Notes: generated by a model from the letters alone, not told the origin. Positions 17,534 through 26,318 are shown, counted from the stretch's first letter. The stretch: 32,000 bases of DNA from Promethearchaeum syntrophicum (GCF_008000775.2 NZ_CP042905.2:2460001-2492000); one strand, 5' to 3'. Numbers and translations are program-made.

Positions 17534-19513
17534 TTGAAAAAAGTGAATTATAAACGAAAAATAACTGCTTTACTCTTAATATCCGTATTTTCGCTCTCAA
17601 ATATTATTTTCTTTGAAGAAATAAAACTCCAAAATGAAAATTGTAGATCTACAACTCTTTCTGAGAATCAGGAATTAATGACTCCGAAAAAATCTGATTT
17701 TTTAATGGTTTCTGTTTCCCCTACCTCTGCTTCAAAGACAATTAGTGACACCCAGCAGACCTTCACATATGATTTACGTGATATTCTTGATGCATATGGA
17801 GGAGAATGGTTCATTGCAATAGATTCTGATCCATACGTTTCTCAAGGTTTCTATTCGTTAAGTTGGAGTATGTCAGAGAAATTGTATATGGACACTGTCA
17901 CTTATACATCAGATACAGGGCTTTCGATTGGGACTTATAATATTCACGCAAAATTCACTTCCACATATGGTGATGTATTTGAAGATGCAACTCTACAGAT
18001 TACAAATAATCCTCCCCCCGCTCCAGACAATGTTAATACATATGAAAACCCATGTTATGATGGGACTGCATCAATAACTTGGGATAAATCATTAGGAGCA
18101 ACTAAATATCAACTATATGAAGCAACCAGTTCTGGAGGTGCATATTCTGCAATAGGTCCTGAATTGGGGGATGTAGGAAGTACAACAGTATCTAAAACCT
18201 CCGAACAAACACGCTTTTATAAAGTTAAGGCAGGAGAAGTTAGTGGTGCTTGGTCTAGTCTTTCTTCAAGTTATGCAGAAATATCCTGGTCAAAACCTAA
18301 TTCACCGACATTATCATCACCAACAACCCAAACAGTATATAATAATAATTCATTTTCGGTAACTCGCGCGTCAGTTGGAAGTTATGTAGATGGATTTGAT
18401 TGGGAAGTCAGCATTGATGGTGGAACATATGCTGATTGGAGTACAAGTTCGTTAAGTACCTTGTCTTATAATCCCCCTGCCGGAGATCACACATATAGAT
18501 TTCGATTACGAGTAAGAAATGCTAATTTTGGTGTTTGGTCGGATTATGGAGAATCTGGTATTATTACCATATCCTCACCCTCAACTCCCCTCAATTTTCA
18601 AGTATCTGAAGAGACATGTTATGATGGTCTAGTTACTTTTTCATGGACAGCAACAACAGGAGCAACGAGTTATAGTTTATATGAAGCGACCACTTCTGAT
18701 GGGACATATACTGAAATTGACTCTTCAATTATCGAATCAACAACTTCTATACAAAAATCATCAGAAGATGTGTTATTTTTTAAATTGAAAGCTGTCAATG
18801 ATGTCGGTGAGTCAGATTTTACAGGATTTATCGAAGTAATCTGGTCTGCTCCAGAAACGCCAATAATTACAACTCCAATCACCCAAACTGTTTATACAAC
18901 TGATTTAATTTCGGTTACCCGTGATTCAGTAGAAATATATGTTGATGAATTTGATTGGGAAATTAGTATCGATGGAGAGGCATATGAAAATTTGAGTACA
19001 AGTATATTAAATTCAGTAAGCTATAATCCACCAGAGGAAGATCATACATATCAATTTCGTTTACGGGTAAGAAATAGCGAATTTGGAATATGGTCAGAAT
19101 ATGGTTATTCTGGAATTTTATCAATTATTCTTGCTGATACTGATAAACCTGTAATTAATTCTCCTGATGATATTAGCTATATCTCCACTACTACGGGAAA
19201 TAATATCACTTGGACCGTATCCGATAATAACCCTTATCAATTTCAACTTTTCATTGATGAAATTGGACAAGGAGTTAATATTTGGGATGAGAATGAGCTA
19301 GTATTCAATATTGATGGACTTTCGATAGGATCACATAATGTAACTCTGTGGATTTGTGATAATGAAGGTAATTGGGTTCAGGATCAAGTTAACGTGACTG
19401 TTATAAATGGTCAAATTCCTTCTAAATTTTCAGGATTGGCGATAGGATCAATATCAGCAATATTCATTTTAGGGATTATGATATCAATTTTTATTATCAA
19501 ACGAAAAAAATAA
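17534..19513 (+). CDS. Surface protein with 2 Fn3-like/Ig-like double modules, shared C-terminal domain and C-terminal membrane anchor
   Basis: Signal-like N-terminus (ITALLLISVFSLS). The Fn3-type signature occurs twice: CYDGxxxxxW...GATxYxLYEATSxxGxY...FYKxKA. The protein ends in a hydrophobic helix plus KRKK. The ORF track starts at GTG 17525. Confidence 0.8.
   Translation: MKKVNYKRKITALLLISVFSLSNIIFFEEIKLQNENCRSTTLSENQELMTPKKSDFLMVSVSPTSASKTISDTQQTFTYDLRDILDAYGGEWFIAIDSDPYVSQGFYSLSWSMSEKLYMDTVTYTSDTGLSIGTYNIHAKFTSTYGDVFEDATLQITNNPPPAPDNVNTYENPCYDGTASITWDKSLGATKYQLYEATSSGGAYSAIGPELGDVGSTTVSKTSEQTRFYKVKAGEVSGAWSSLSSSYAEISWSKPNSPTLSSPTTQTVYNNNSFSVTRASVGSYVDGFDWEVSIDGGTYADWSTSSLSTLSYNPPAGDHTYRFRLRVRNANFGVWSDYGESGIITISSPSTPLNFQVSEETCYDGLVTFSWTATTGATSYSLYEATTSDGTYTEIDSSIIESTTSIQKSSEDVLFFKLKAVNDVGESDFTGFIEVIWSAPETPIITTPITQTVYTTDLISVTRDSVEIYVDEFDWEISIDGEAYENLSTSILNSVSYNPPEEDHTYQFRLRVRNSEFGIWSEYGYSGILSIILADTDKPVINSPDDISYISTTTGNNITWTVSDNNPYQFQLFIDEIGQGVNIWDENELVFNIDGLSIGSHNVTLWICDNEGNWVQDQVNVTVINGQIPSKFSGLAIGSISAIFILGIMISIFIIKRKK
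18011..19130 (+). repeat. Two tandem ~555-nt coding modules (Fn3-like domain plus second beta-sandwich-like domain)
   Basis: Module starts are at about 18011 (PPPAPDNVNTYENPCYDG) and 18572 (SSPSTPLNFQVSEETCYDG). The stretch about 18270-18720 is almost identical to 20855-21303 in the paralog. Confidence 0.8.
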
Positions 19514-19539
19514 AAAATAAAGATATTTTTATCGGATCC

Positions 19540-19549
19540 TTTTTTTTTT
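19540..19549 (+). terminator. Oligo-T (T10) terminator candidate
   Basis: ggatcc followed by T10, 27 nt after the stop at 19513. Archaeal transcription termination typically occurs at oligo-T runs. Confidence 0.4.
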
Positions 19550-19942
19550 AAGACATTTTGTTAAATTAGAAACCACCAAAGAACCAAAATCCCATTAAAT
19601 TTATAGACTATTAATTTATGAAGTCATTTTCTTTTCACTCATATAATTCATCTTTTGATCTCAATAATTTCATTCCCTAAAGTGATAGGAAACTAGACCT
19701 ATGATTGGAATAAAAAATAAATTTTCCTACCAAAAGGTATTTATTTCTATAAATTAATTAATAGTTTACTATTTAGATGCAGTTGAAAGAAAATTATTAC
19801 ATGTCATGATTATTCTTAAAAATTAACGAAAGTGAATTAAAACTCGATAATATAACACAATGATTAAGAATTAGATATTGAGATCTTCGTAAATCATGCT
19901 GATAATAATTTTTTCCAAAAAACATCTACTTAACAAAATTTA

Positions 19943-19947
19943 GGTGA
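19943..19947 (+). promoter_or_regulatory. Shine-Dalgarno-like GGTGA
   Basis: GGTGA lies 4 nt upstream of the ATG at 19952. The same context precedes the paralog. Confidence 0.45.
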
Positions 19948-19951
19948 AAAA

Positions 19952-22900
19952 ATGAAAAAAATTTCCAAAAAAAAAAAATTGAAATACATTCCTAAGGTTA
20001 TTGTTTTAGTCTTAATTTCCACATTTTTATTTTCAGATGTATTTCTATCTGAAGGAGGGAAATTCCAAGATGATGAGACTATTTCAAAAGAATTTTCTGA
20101 GATTCAAGAAAATAATTTAGAAAATATGAAAAATACTCCTAAGTCTTCTACGACAGTAACATTAAGACCTAATTCAAATATTGCTCCTTATGAATGGTCA
20201 CCGTATTCATATACGTATGTTGATGATACTACTCCTGATAATAGTTTTATAGGAACTGATGAGTACGGAGATAATACAGATGTTGAACATGGATATTCGA
20301 ACATGCCATCTGATACAATTTCTGTTTCAGCTATTACATTTTATGTTCGAGCAAGAGAATTCCTCGATTGTGGAGTATCCATGTATCCAAAAATTTCAGA
20401 TGCATATCTTTCAGGTTATACTACAGATGTAACAACAAGTTGGGTTACATATTCTCATACTTGGTATGGAACATGGACTAAAACCGCAATTGATGGAATG
20501 AGTTTTAAATTAAATTCAATAGTAAGACCATATTTGGATGCATTATGTGTAGATCAAATTTATTGTGTAGTTACCTATGCTTCTTCACTGCCAGATCCCC
20601 CAGCATCTCCAACTAATGTGAATACAAATGAAAATCCTTGCTATGATGGAACTGCATCAATAACATGGACTAAATCGCCAGGTGCTACAAAATATCAATT
20701 ATATGAAGCCACCAGTTCTGGGGGTACCTACTCTCCAATCGGTTCAGAATTAGGAGATGTATCAAGTACAACCGTTTCAAAAACTTCCGAACAAACTCGT
20801 TTTTATAAAGTAACAGCAGGTAATACAGCAGGATGGTCAGGTTATTCAAGTTCTTATGCAGAAATATCCTGGTCAAAACCTAATTCACCGACATTATCAT
20901 CACCCACAACCCAAACACTATATAATCATAATTCATTTTCGGTAACTCGCGCGTCAGTTGGAAGTTATGTAGATGGATTTGATTGGGAAGTCAGTATTGA
21001 TGGTGGAACATATGCTGATTGGAGCACAAGTTCGTTAAGTACCTTGTCGTATAATCCCCCTGCCGGAGATCACACATATAGATTTCGATTACGAGTAAGA
21101 AATGCTAATTTTGGTGTTTGGTCGGATTATGGAGAATCTGGTATTATTACCATATCCTCACCCTCAACTCCCCTCAATTTTCAAGTATCTGAAGAGACAT
21201 GTTATGATGGTCTAGTTACTTTTTCATGGACAGCAACAACAGGAGCAACGAGTTATAGTTTATATGAAGCGACCACTTCTGATGGGACATATACTGAAAT
21301 TGAAACCGGAATTACTGAATCAACAACACAAGTATCAAAATCTACAGAAAATATTTTATATTACAAATTAAAAGCGCTTAATGATGTAGGAGAATCTGAT
21401 TTTTCAGGATTTATCGAAGTATCATGGTTAAAACCTAATTCACCTACATTATCCTCACCGACAACCCAAACAATATATAACCATGATTCTATCTCGGTGA
21501 TTCGCGATTCGGTAGGAGCTTATGTTGATGGATTTGATTGGGAAGTCAGCATTGATGGTGGAACATATGCTGATTGGAGTACAAGTTCGTTAAGTACCTT
21601 GTCTTATAATCCCCCAGCCGGAGATCACACATATCAATTTCGATTACGAGTAAGAAATGTTAATTTTGGAGTTTGGTCGGATTATGGAGAATCTGGTATT
21701 ATTACAATATCCTCACCCTCAACTCCCCTCAATTTTCAAGTATCTGAAGAGACATGTTATGATGGTCTAGTTACTTTTTCATGGACAGCAACAACAGGAG
21801 CAACGAGTTATAGTTTATATGAAGCGACCACTTCTGATGGGACATATACTGAAATTGAAACTGGAATTATTGAATCAACAACACAAGTATCAAAATCTGC
21901 AGAAAATATTTTATATTACAAATTAAAAGCGCTAAATGATGTTGGAGAATCGGATTTTTCAGGATTTATCGAAGTAACTTGGTCAAAACCTGATTCACCT
22001 ACATTAACATCACCAACAACGGAAACAGTATATAATCTCGATTCAATCTCGGTGATTCGTGATTCAGTAGGCGCTTATGTAGATGAATATGATTGGGAAG
22101 TCAGTATTGACGGAGAGGCATATACAGACTGGAGTACAAGTTCCTTAAGTACCTTATCGTATAATCCTCCTACCGGAGATCACACATACCAGTTTCGATT
22201 ATCAGTAAGAAATGTTAATTTTGGTGTTTGGTCGGATTATGGAGAATCTGGTATCATTACGGTATCATTATCTTCAATACCAATGAATGTTCAGACTTCT
22301 GAATCTATATGCTATGATGGGTCAGTACAAATCTCATGGGATGTAGTAACAGGAGCTACGAATTATACACTATATGAAGCAACCACTTCTGATGGGACTT
22401 ATACCCCAATCATTACAGATATTATAGAAACATCAATTATTATATCAAAAACAACCATTGAAACAAAATATTATAAAATTAAAGCAGTAAATCAAGTTGG
22501 GGAATCTGACTTTTCCGAATATGTTTCTGTTTCATGGTCCGCACCCGAAACACCTTCAATTACATCACCAATAACTGAAGTTGTAGATAATGATTCTCCA
22601 TTTTTAGTGATTCGCGATTCTGTTGGAGTTTATGTAGACGAATTTAATTGGGAGATCTGTATTGATGGGGGAGCATATGTAAATTGGAGTATGAGCGAAT
22701 TAAATAATTTAAGTTATGATCCAGTAGCGGAAGATCATACTTATCAATTCCGATTACGAGTAAAAAATAGTGAATTCGGAATATGGTCGGATTATGGCTA
22801 TTCAGGAATACTTACAATCATTCTATTGGATACAGAATGCCCATTAATCGATTCTCCGGCAGATCTGACTTATACTTACAATACAATAGGGCATAATATT

Positions 22901-23197
22901 ACATGGAGCGTATCCGATAGTAATCCTTATCAATATCAACTATTTATTAATGGAATAGGGCAGGGACTTAATCCATGGGACGGAAGTAATCTCTCATTCA
23001 ATGTTGATGGTTTTTCAATAGGAAACTACAATGTAACTCTTTGGGTTAGTGATATTGAAGGAAATTGGGCACAAGATCAAGTAAATGTGACTGTTGAATC
23101 GGAATTTATTATTTCGGGTTATGCAATTGGATCACTGTCAGCAATATTCTTAATCGGCGTTTTTATGTCTATTTTTATTATAAAACGAAAAAGATAG
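19952..23197 (+). CDS. Large surface protein with unique N-terminal domain, 4 Fn3-like/Ig-like double modules, shared C-terminal domain and membrane anchor
   Basis: 1081 aa with a signal-like N-terminus (VIVLVLISTFLF). Four repeats of the CYDG...W...GATxYxLYEAT...YYKxKA module are each followed by a DGFDWEVSIDGG...HTYxFRLRVRN module. The C-terminal part is SGYAIGSLSAIFLIGVFMSIFIIKRKR. Confidence 0.85.
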   Translation: MKKISKKKKLKYIPKVIVLVLISTFLFSDVFLSEGGKFQDDETISKEFSEIQENNLENMKNTPKSSTTVTLRPNSNIAPYEWSPYSYTYVDDTTPDNSFIGTDEYGDNTDVEHGYSNMPSDTISVSAITFYVRAREFLDCGVSMYPKISDAYLSGYTTDVTTSWVTYSHTWYGTWTKTAIDGMSFKLNSIVRPYLDALCVDQIYCVVTYASSLPDPPASPTNVNTNENPCYDGTASITWTKSPGATKYQLYEATSSGGTYSPIGSELGDVSSTTVSKTSEQTRFYKVTAGNTAGWSGYSSSYAEISWSKPNSPTLSSPTTQTLYNHNSFSVTRASVGSYVDGFDWEVSIDGGTYADWSTSSLSTLSYNPPAGDHTYRFRLRVRNANFGVWSDYGESGIITISSPSTPLNFQVSEETCYDGLVTFSWTATTGATSYSLYEATTSDGTYTEIETGITESTTQVSKSTENILYYKLKALNDVGESDFSGFIEVSWLKPNSPTLSSPTTQTIYNHDSISVIRDSVGAYVDGFDWEVSIDGGTYADWSTSSLSTLSYNPPAGDHTYQFRLRVRNVNFGVWSDYGESGIITISSPSTPLNFQVSEETCYDGLVTFSWTATTGATSYSLYEATTSDGTYTEIETGIIESTTQVSKSAENILYYKLKALNDVGESDFSGFIEVTWSKPDSPTLTSPTTETVYNLDSISVIRDSVGAYVDEYDWEVSIDGEAYTDWSTSSLSTLSYNPPTGDHTYQFRLSVRNVNFGVWSDYGESGIITVSLSSIPMNVQTSESICYDGSVQISWDVVTGATNYTLYEATTSDGTYTPIITDIIETSIIISKTTIETKYYKIKAVNQVGESDFSEYVSVSWSAPETPSITSPITEVVDNDSPFLVIRDSVGVYVDEFNWEICIDGGAYVNWSMSELNNLSYDPVAEDHTYQFRLRVKNSEFGIWSDYGYSGILTIILLDTECPLIDSPADLTYTYNTIGHNITWSVSDSNPYQYQLFINGIGQGLNPWDGSNLSFNVDGFSIGNYNVTLWVSDIEGNWAQDQVNVTVESEFIISGYAIGSLSAIFLIGVFMSIFIIKRKR
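20591..22825 (+). repeat. Four tandem ~555-561-nt coding modules
   Basis: In-frame module starts are at about 20591, 21155, 21710 and 22268. The spacing 21155 to 21710 is exactly 555 nt. Modules 2 and 3 are nearly identical at the DNA level. Module 4 is more diverged. Confidence 0.85.
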
Positions 23198-23233
23198 GAA
23201 TATGCCAATTATTTCTATGCAATCCTTTTATAA

Positions 23234-23242
23234 TTTTTTTTT
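23234..23242 (+). terminator. Oligo-T (T9) terminator candidate
   Basis: T9 run about 37 nt after the stop at 23197, preceded by atcctttt, similar to the context after the paralog. Confidence 0.3.
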
Positions 23243-23280
23243 ATTTTATTAATCTTTTTCTTATCAAATTTGTTAGATTA

Positions 23281-23780
23281 GAGAGAATTAATCTTGATGA
23301 CATCACAGAAGGTGTAAATAATATTTCACTTTGTGTTTCTGGCAATAAAAGCAATTTCACGCAAAATTAGATTACTTTCATGACTATTGACACTATAAAT
23401 CCATTAAATAATGCTCCCCATAAATATTCTTATATTCTAATACGACTGGAATTGTTGTCACGTGGAATGTATCAGATTATAATCCTTATCAGTACGAACT
23501 GTTCATCGATGACTTAGGGCAAGGGAGAAATCCATGGAATGGGAATGATCTTACTTTTTCAATAGATGATCTTTGTGTAGGCAAGCATAACCTCATGTTA
23601 TATGTTTATGATACTGAAGGAAATTTAGCAACCAGACAAGTAGAAATTACAGTTGAGATTAACCCTGCTGATGTAATAAATGCCGGATCTTTTTCAGGGA
23701 TCGCGATTGGAACAATTTCGCATATCTTCTTGATTGGTGCATTTGTAGGGATTTATAAGATTAAGAAAAATGGAAAGTAG
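23281..23780 (+). pseudogene. Decayed, 5'-truncated third copy of the surface-protein gene (C-terminal domains plus anchor only)
   Basis: Three segments, with no start, signal peptide or Fn3 modules:
- Frame 1 from about 23287 reads INLDDITEGVNNISLCVSGNKSNFTQN*ITFMTIDTINPLNNAPHKYSYIL. This is homologous to FNIDGLSIGSHNVTLW...VNVTV...INSPDDISYIS and contains an in-frame TAG at 23368-23370.
- After a frame change near 23440 it reads TTGIVVTWNVSDYNPYQYELFIDDLGQGRNPWNGNDLTFSIDDLCVGKHNLMLYVYDTEGN.
- It ends in the anchor SGIAIGTISHIFLIGAFVGIYKIKKNGK. Confidence 0.75.
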
Positions 23781-23815
23781 TAAAAATCTATAAAATTATT
23801 TCATTTTTTTCTCGA

Positions 23816-25075
23816 TTATTTATCTTTGATTGCCATTTTATATCGTCCTAAAGGTCTGATATTTGCGATATTTATTTTATCTATATCTCCTATATCTTTA
23901 TATGTCATTGGAATAACCACTGATTCATTTCTTTTTATATTTGGAATAATAGCAAAAGTAATTAATTCATTATTATAGAACTCTTTAATATTTTTACTTG
24001 CTTCTTCTGACTCTTTCTCTTGATTTTTTATATCTTCTTCTTTCTCAGATCCAATACTATATACTTCTTTACAATTGCTATCTTCAAGATTTTTAATCGA
24101 TGTTTCTATACTCCCTTCTTCATCTATATTTTTATATTTTACGCTCAAATTATTCGTTTTAATAGAATATTCAGGTCTTAATATATCGATAGTATCTTTT
24201 GGATTTGCATTTACACTTCCATGATGAGATACTTTATATAGATTACAACCTTCAATTTCTTCATTTTCAATTTTTCCCCATCCCGTTTCCTCAAGATCTC
24301 CTGGAAAAATCGCCATAAATGGTTTTTTTTTGCCATTCTCCTTGTTCTTATTAGTTTGATCATTATTTCTTGAGAAAGATAATTGCATCACTAAAGAAGT
24401 ATTATTTTTATTATATTTATCAATAGAATAGAAATCTGTAGTTAATTCTTTAGAAAACCCAACTTTTTTGTAAAATTTATCTCCTTCGCTTAATTTTACT
24501 CTAAAATTTCCTCTTAAATCATTATTTGGTCCAATTACTCTAAGTTCAGTTATAGATTCATTATTTTCAATTGTAATTTTATCATTAAATTGTGGAAATT
24601 TTAGTTGATTTTCTGCTTGAGCATCAATTAATAATTCATAATATTCACCAGAAATACTATCTGTAATATATTCAGTAATCCAAATTTCTGGTATTTTACT
24701 TTTTATTCCATTTTTTTTAGAATGTTCTAATAAACTCTCTATTCCCGAAAAATGATCATAATGAGGATGAGAAATTATAATTAAATCAATTCCGCGATTT
24801 TCTATATCATAATTTTCAATAAATTTTGTAAATAATTTTGAAGCATTTTTAGTGCAATCAATTATAATGTTTGTATATTTATGTTTTGATTTTGATTTTG
24901 ATTCTTGTTCTGATTCAGGTTTGGATTTTTTTTCTCGATCTCTTAATGTATTACCAGTAATATTTCCAGGAATTTGTAAAAAAATACAATCTCCTTGCTT
25001 AGGATTTAGTATATTAATAAATAAAACATCATTCTTGTTTTCAAAAATAAAAGCATTTCTCATTTTAATTCCCAT
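23816..25075 (-). CDS. Metallo-beta-lactamase-fold hydrolase, ComEC/Rec2-type MBL domain (possible nuclease)
   Basis: Motifs seen:
- GDCIFLQ
- IIISHPHYDHFSG (HxHxDH, encoded at 24752-24769)
- YKVSHHGS (encoded at 24215-24226), the HHGS signature typical of the ComEC-type MBL subgroup
A Lys/Ser/Glu low-complexity insert of about 30 aa follows the first strand motif. There are no transmembrane competence-channel domains. Confidence 0.75.
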   Translation of the reverse strand: MGIKMRNAFIFENKNDVLFINILNPKQGDCIFLQIPGNITGNTLRDREKKSKPESEQESKSKSKHKYTNIIIDCTKNASKLFTKFIENYDIENRGIDLIIISHPHYDHFSGIESLLEHSKKNGIKSKIPEIWITEYITDSISGEYYELLIDAQAENQLKFPQFNDKITIENNESITELRVIGPNNDLRGNFRVKLSEGDKFYKKVGFSKELTTDFYSIDKYNKNNTSLVMQLSFSRNNDQTNKNKENGKKKPFMAIFPGDLEETGWGKIENEEIEGCNLYKVSHHGSVNANPKDTIDILRPEYSIKTNNLSVKYKNIDEEGSIETSIKNLEDSNCKEVYSIGSEKEEDIKNQEKESEEASKNIKEFYNNELITFAIIPNIKRNESVVIPMTYKDIGDIDKINIANIRPLGRYKMAIKDK

Positions 25076-25120
25076 TTTTTTATTGCATTAATATTCGATT
25101 TAATTTTTTAATTGAAATTT

Positions 25121-25156
25121 ACTTTTTTCTTTACTTTTTTCTTCACTTTTTTCTTC
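25121..25156. repeat. 3 x 12-nt tandem repeat in the intergenic spacer
   Basis: acttttttcttt / acttttttcttc / acttttttcttc at 25121-25132, 25133-25144 and 25145-25156, between the 373-aa gene stop (25185) and the MBL gene start (25075). Confidence 0.8.
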
Positions 25157-25184
25157 ATCATCACTATTAGATTCTTTTTCTTTG

Positions 25185-26306
25185 TTATTTTATTTCATTC
25201 TTCCTTATATTGGAGATGTTTTTATATAATTCTTGACATTCACCTTCATAATCCTTAGGTTTTCTATTGGGTTGTTGAAAGGAATAAAAACGTTGATCTA
25301 ATCCTGTAACAAGATATGATTTTTCACCAACAATAATAATTGCATTTTTTTCCCTTAACACACGATGAAAAGTCTTATCATCTTTGTCTTTAGAGCCAAT
25401 TTTATATTTAGCTATTGCGTCTTTAAATGAAATCCAGTCATCTTCATTTATTTCTTCCTCTTCATTGAGATTTAATATTAAAAAATTTTTACTAAATTTA
25501 TTACCTATTCTTTGAAAAATTATTTTTGCAGGATCAGAATCATCAATGTCAATAAAAAATTCCCAATAATCATATATATCCAATATATTTTTTCTTTCAA
25601 CTATATGAAGATAATTTCTTCTTGGTTCTTTTGGACCAATTGATACTTTTAATACATTATCAAAAAGGTTAAGTAACGGGAGTGTATTTTCATCTTCATC
25701 TGAAGGATCTAGATAATATCTCTCTCTATCTGTCAAACATAGAAGCCCCTCATGATGTAAGAAACTATTTGTATAGTAAAACACATCTTTTAATTCATCT
25801 TTGTGATTTAACCATTCTGATTCTGAACAAAAATCAAGAGGTGGATGAGGAAGTTGATCTGTATTAGATTGCTCTTCAGCAGCACTACCACCATCTTCAC
25901 CAACAAAAACTTTTTCCTCTTTTTCTTTTTCCATATCTTCTAAAATACCTTCAGTATTAATATAGGGAATAGGAGTACTTCCTTCGATACTATATTTATA
26001 TACATCCCAAATCCACCGTGCTCTAATTTTCTTTAAAACTTCATAACATAATTCATAGATATCCATTTCATTATCTTTGTGTGGAATAGAAATAAAAGTA
26101 ATTGATTTATTGAGCTTTTTCACTTTCTTTTCAAGTTTTTCTCTTTTTTCCTTTTTATAAGAACTTAGCTCAGTTTCTACATCCAATTTCAACTGTTTTG
26201 GTGCATAAATTTCAAATTCATTATAAATTCTCATTTCTTCCTCCCAATTTTTTAATAGAGTGAAAAATGTTTCATCGGTAATGACTAATTTCATGTTTTC
26301 TTTCAT
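25185..26306 (-). CDS. Hypothetical protein (373 aa), no recognised domain
   Basis: ATG start preceded by GGTGA with a 7-nt spacer. Long ORF with an acidic central linker (VGEDGGSAAEEQSNTD). Weak by-eye resemblance to the repeated module of the upstream 1117-aa protein. Confidence 0.6.
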   Translation of the reverse strand: MKENMKLVITDETFFTLLKNWEEEMRIYNEFEIYAPKQLKLDVETELSSYKKEKREKLEKKVKKLNKSITFISIPHKDNEMDIYELCYEVLKKIRARWIWDVYKYSIEGSTPIPYINTEGILEDMEKEKEEKVFVGEDGGSAAEEQSNTDQLPHPPLDFCSESEWLNHKDELKDVFYYTNSFLHHEGLLCLTDRERYYLDPSDEDENTLPLLNLFDNVLKVSIGPKEPRRNYLHIVERKNILDIYDYWEFFIDIDDSDPAKIIFQRIGNKFSKNFLILNLNEEEEINEDDWISFKDAIAKYKIGSKDKDDKTFHRVLREKNAIIIVGEKSYLVTGLDQRFYSFQQPNRKPKDYEGECQELYKNISNIRKNEIK

Positions 26307-26313
26307 TATTATT

Positions 26314-26318
26314 TCACC
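26314..26318 (-). promoter_or_regulatory. Shine-Dalgarno GGTGA directly abutting the upstream stop codon
   Basis: The minus strand reads ...ATT TAA GGTGA aataata ATG. The 12-nt gap between the 1117-aa and 373-aa genes is just the SD plus spacer, which implies operonic, coupled translation. Confidence 0.5.

Noticed and set aside
23595-23780. 61-aa ORF as an independent small membrane protein gene.
   Set aside because: Its sequence continues, without a start context, from homologous but frame-broken upstream sequence of the surface-protein family. It is better explained as the intact tail of a pseudogene.
24887-24906. (ttttga)3 hexanucleotide microsatellite inside the MBL gene.
   Set aside because: It has only three units and encodes the SKSKSK part of a low-complexity insert. 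It is too short to argue for function or instability on its own.
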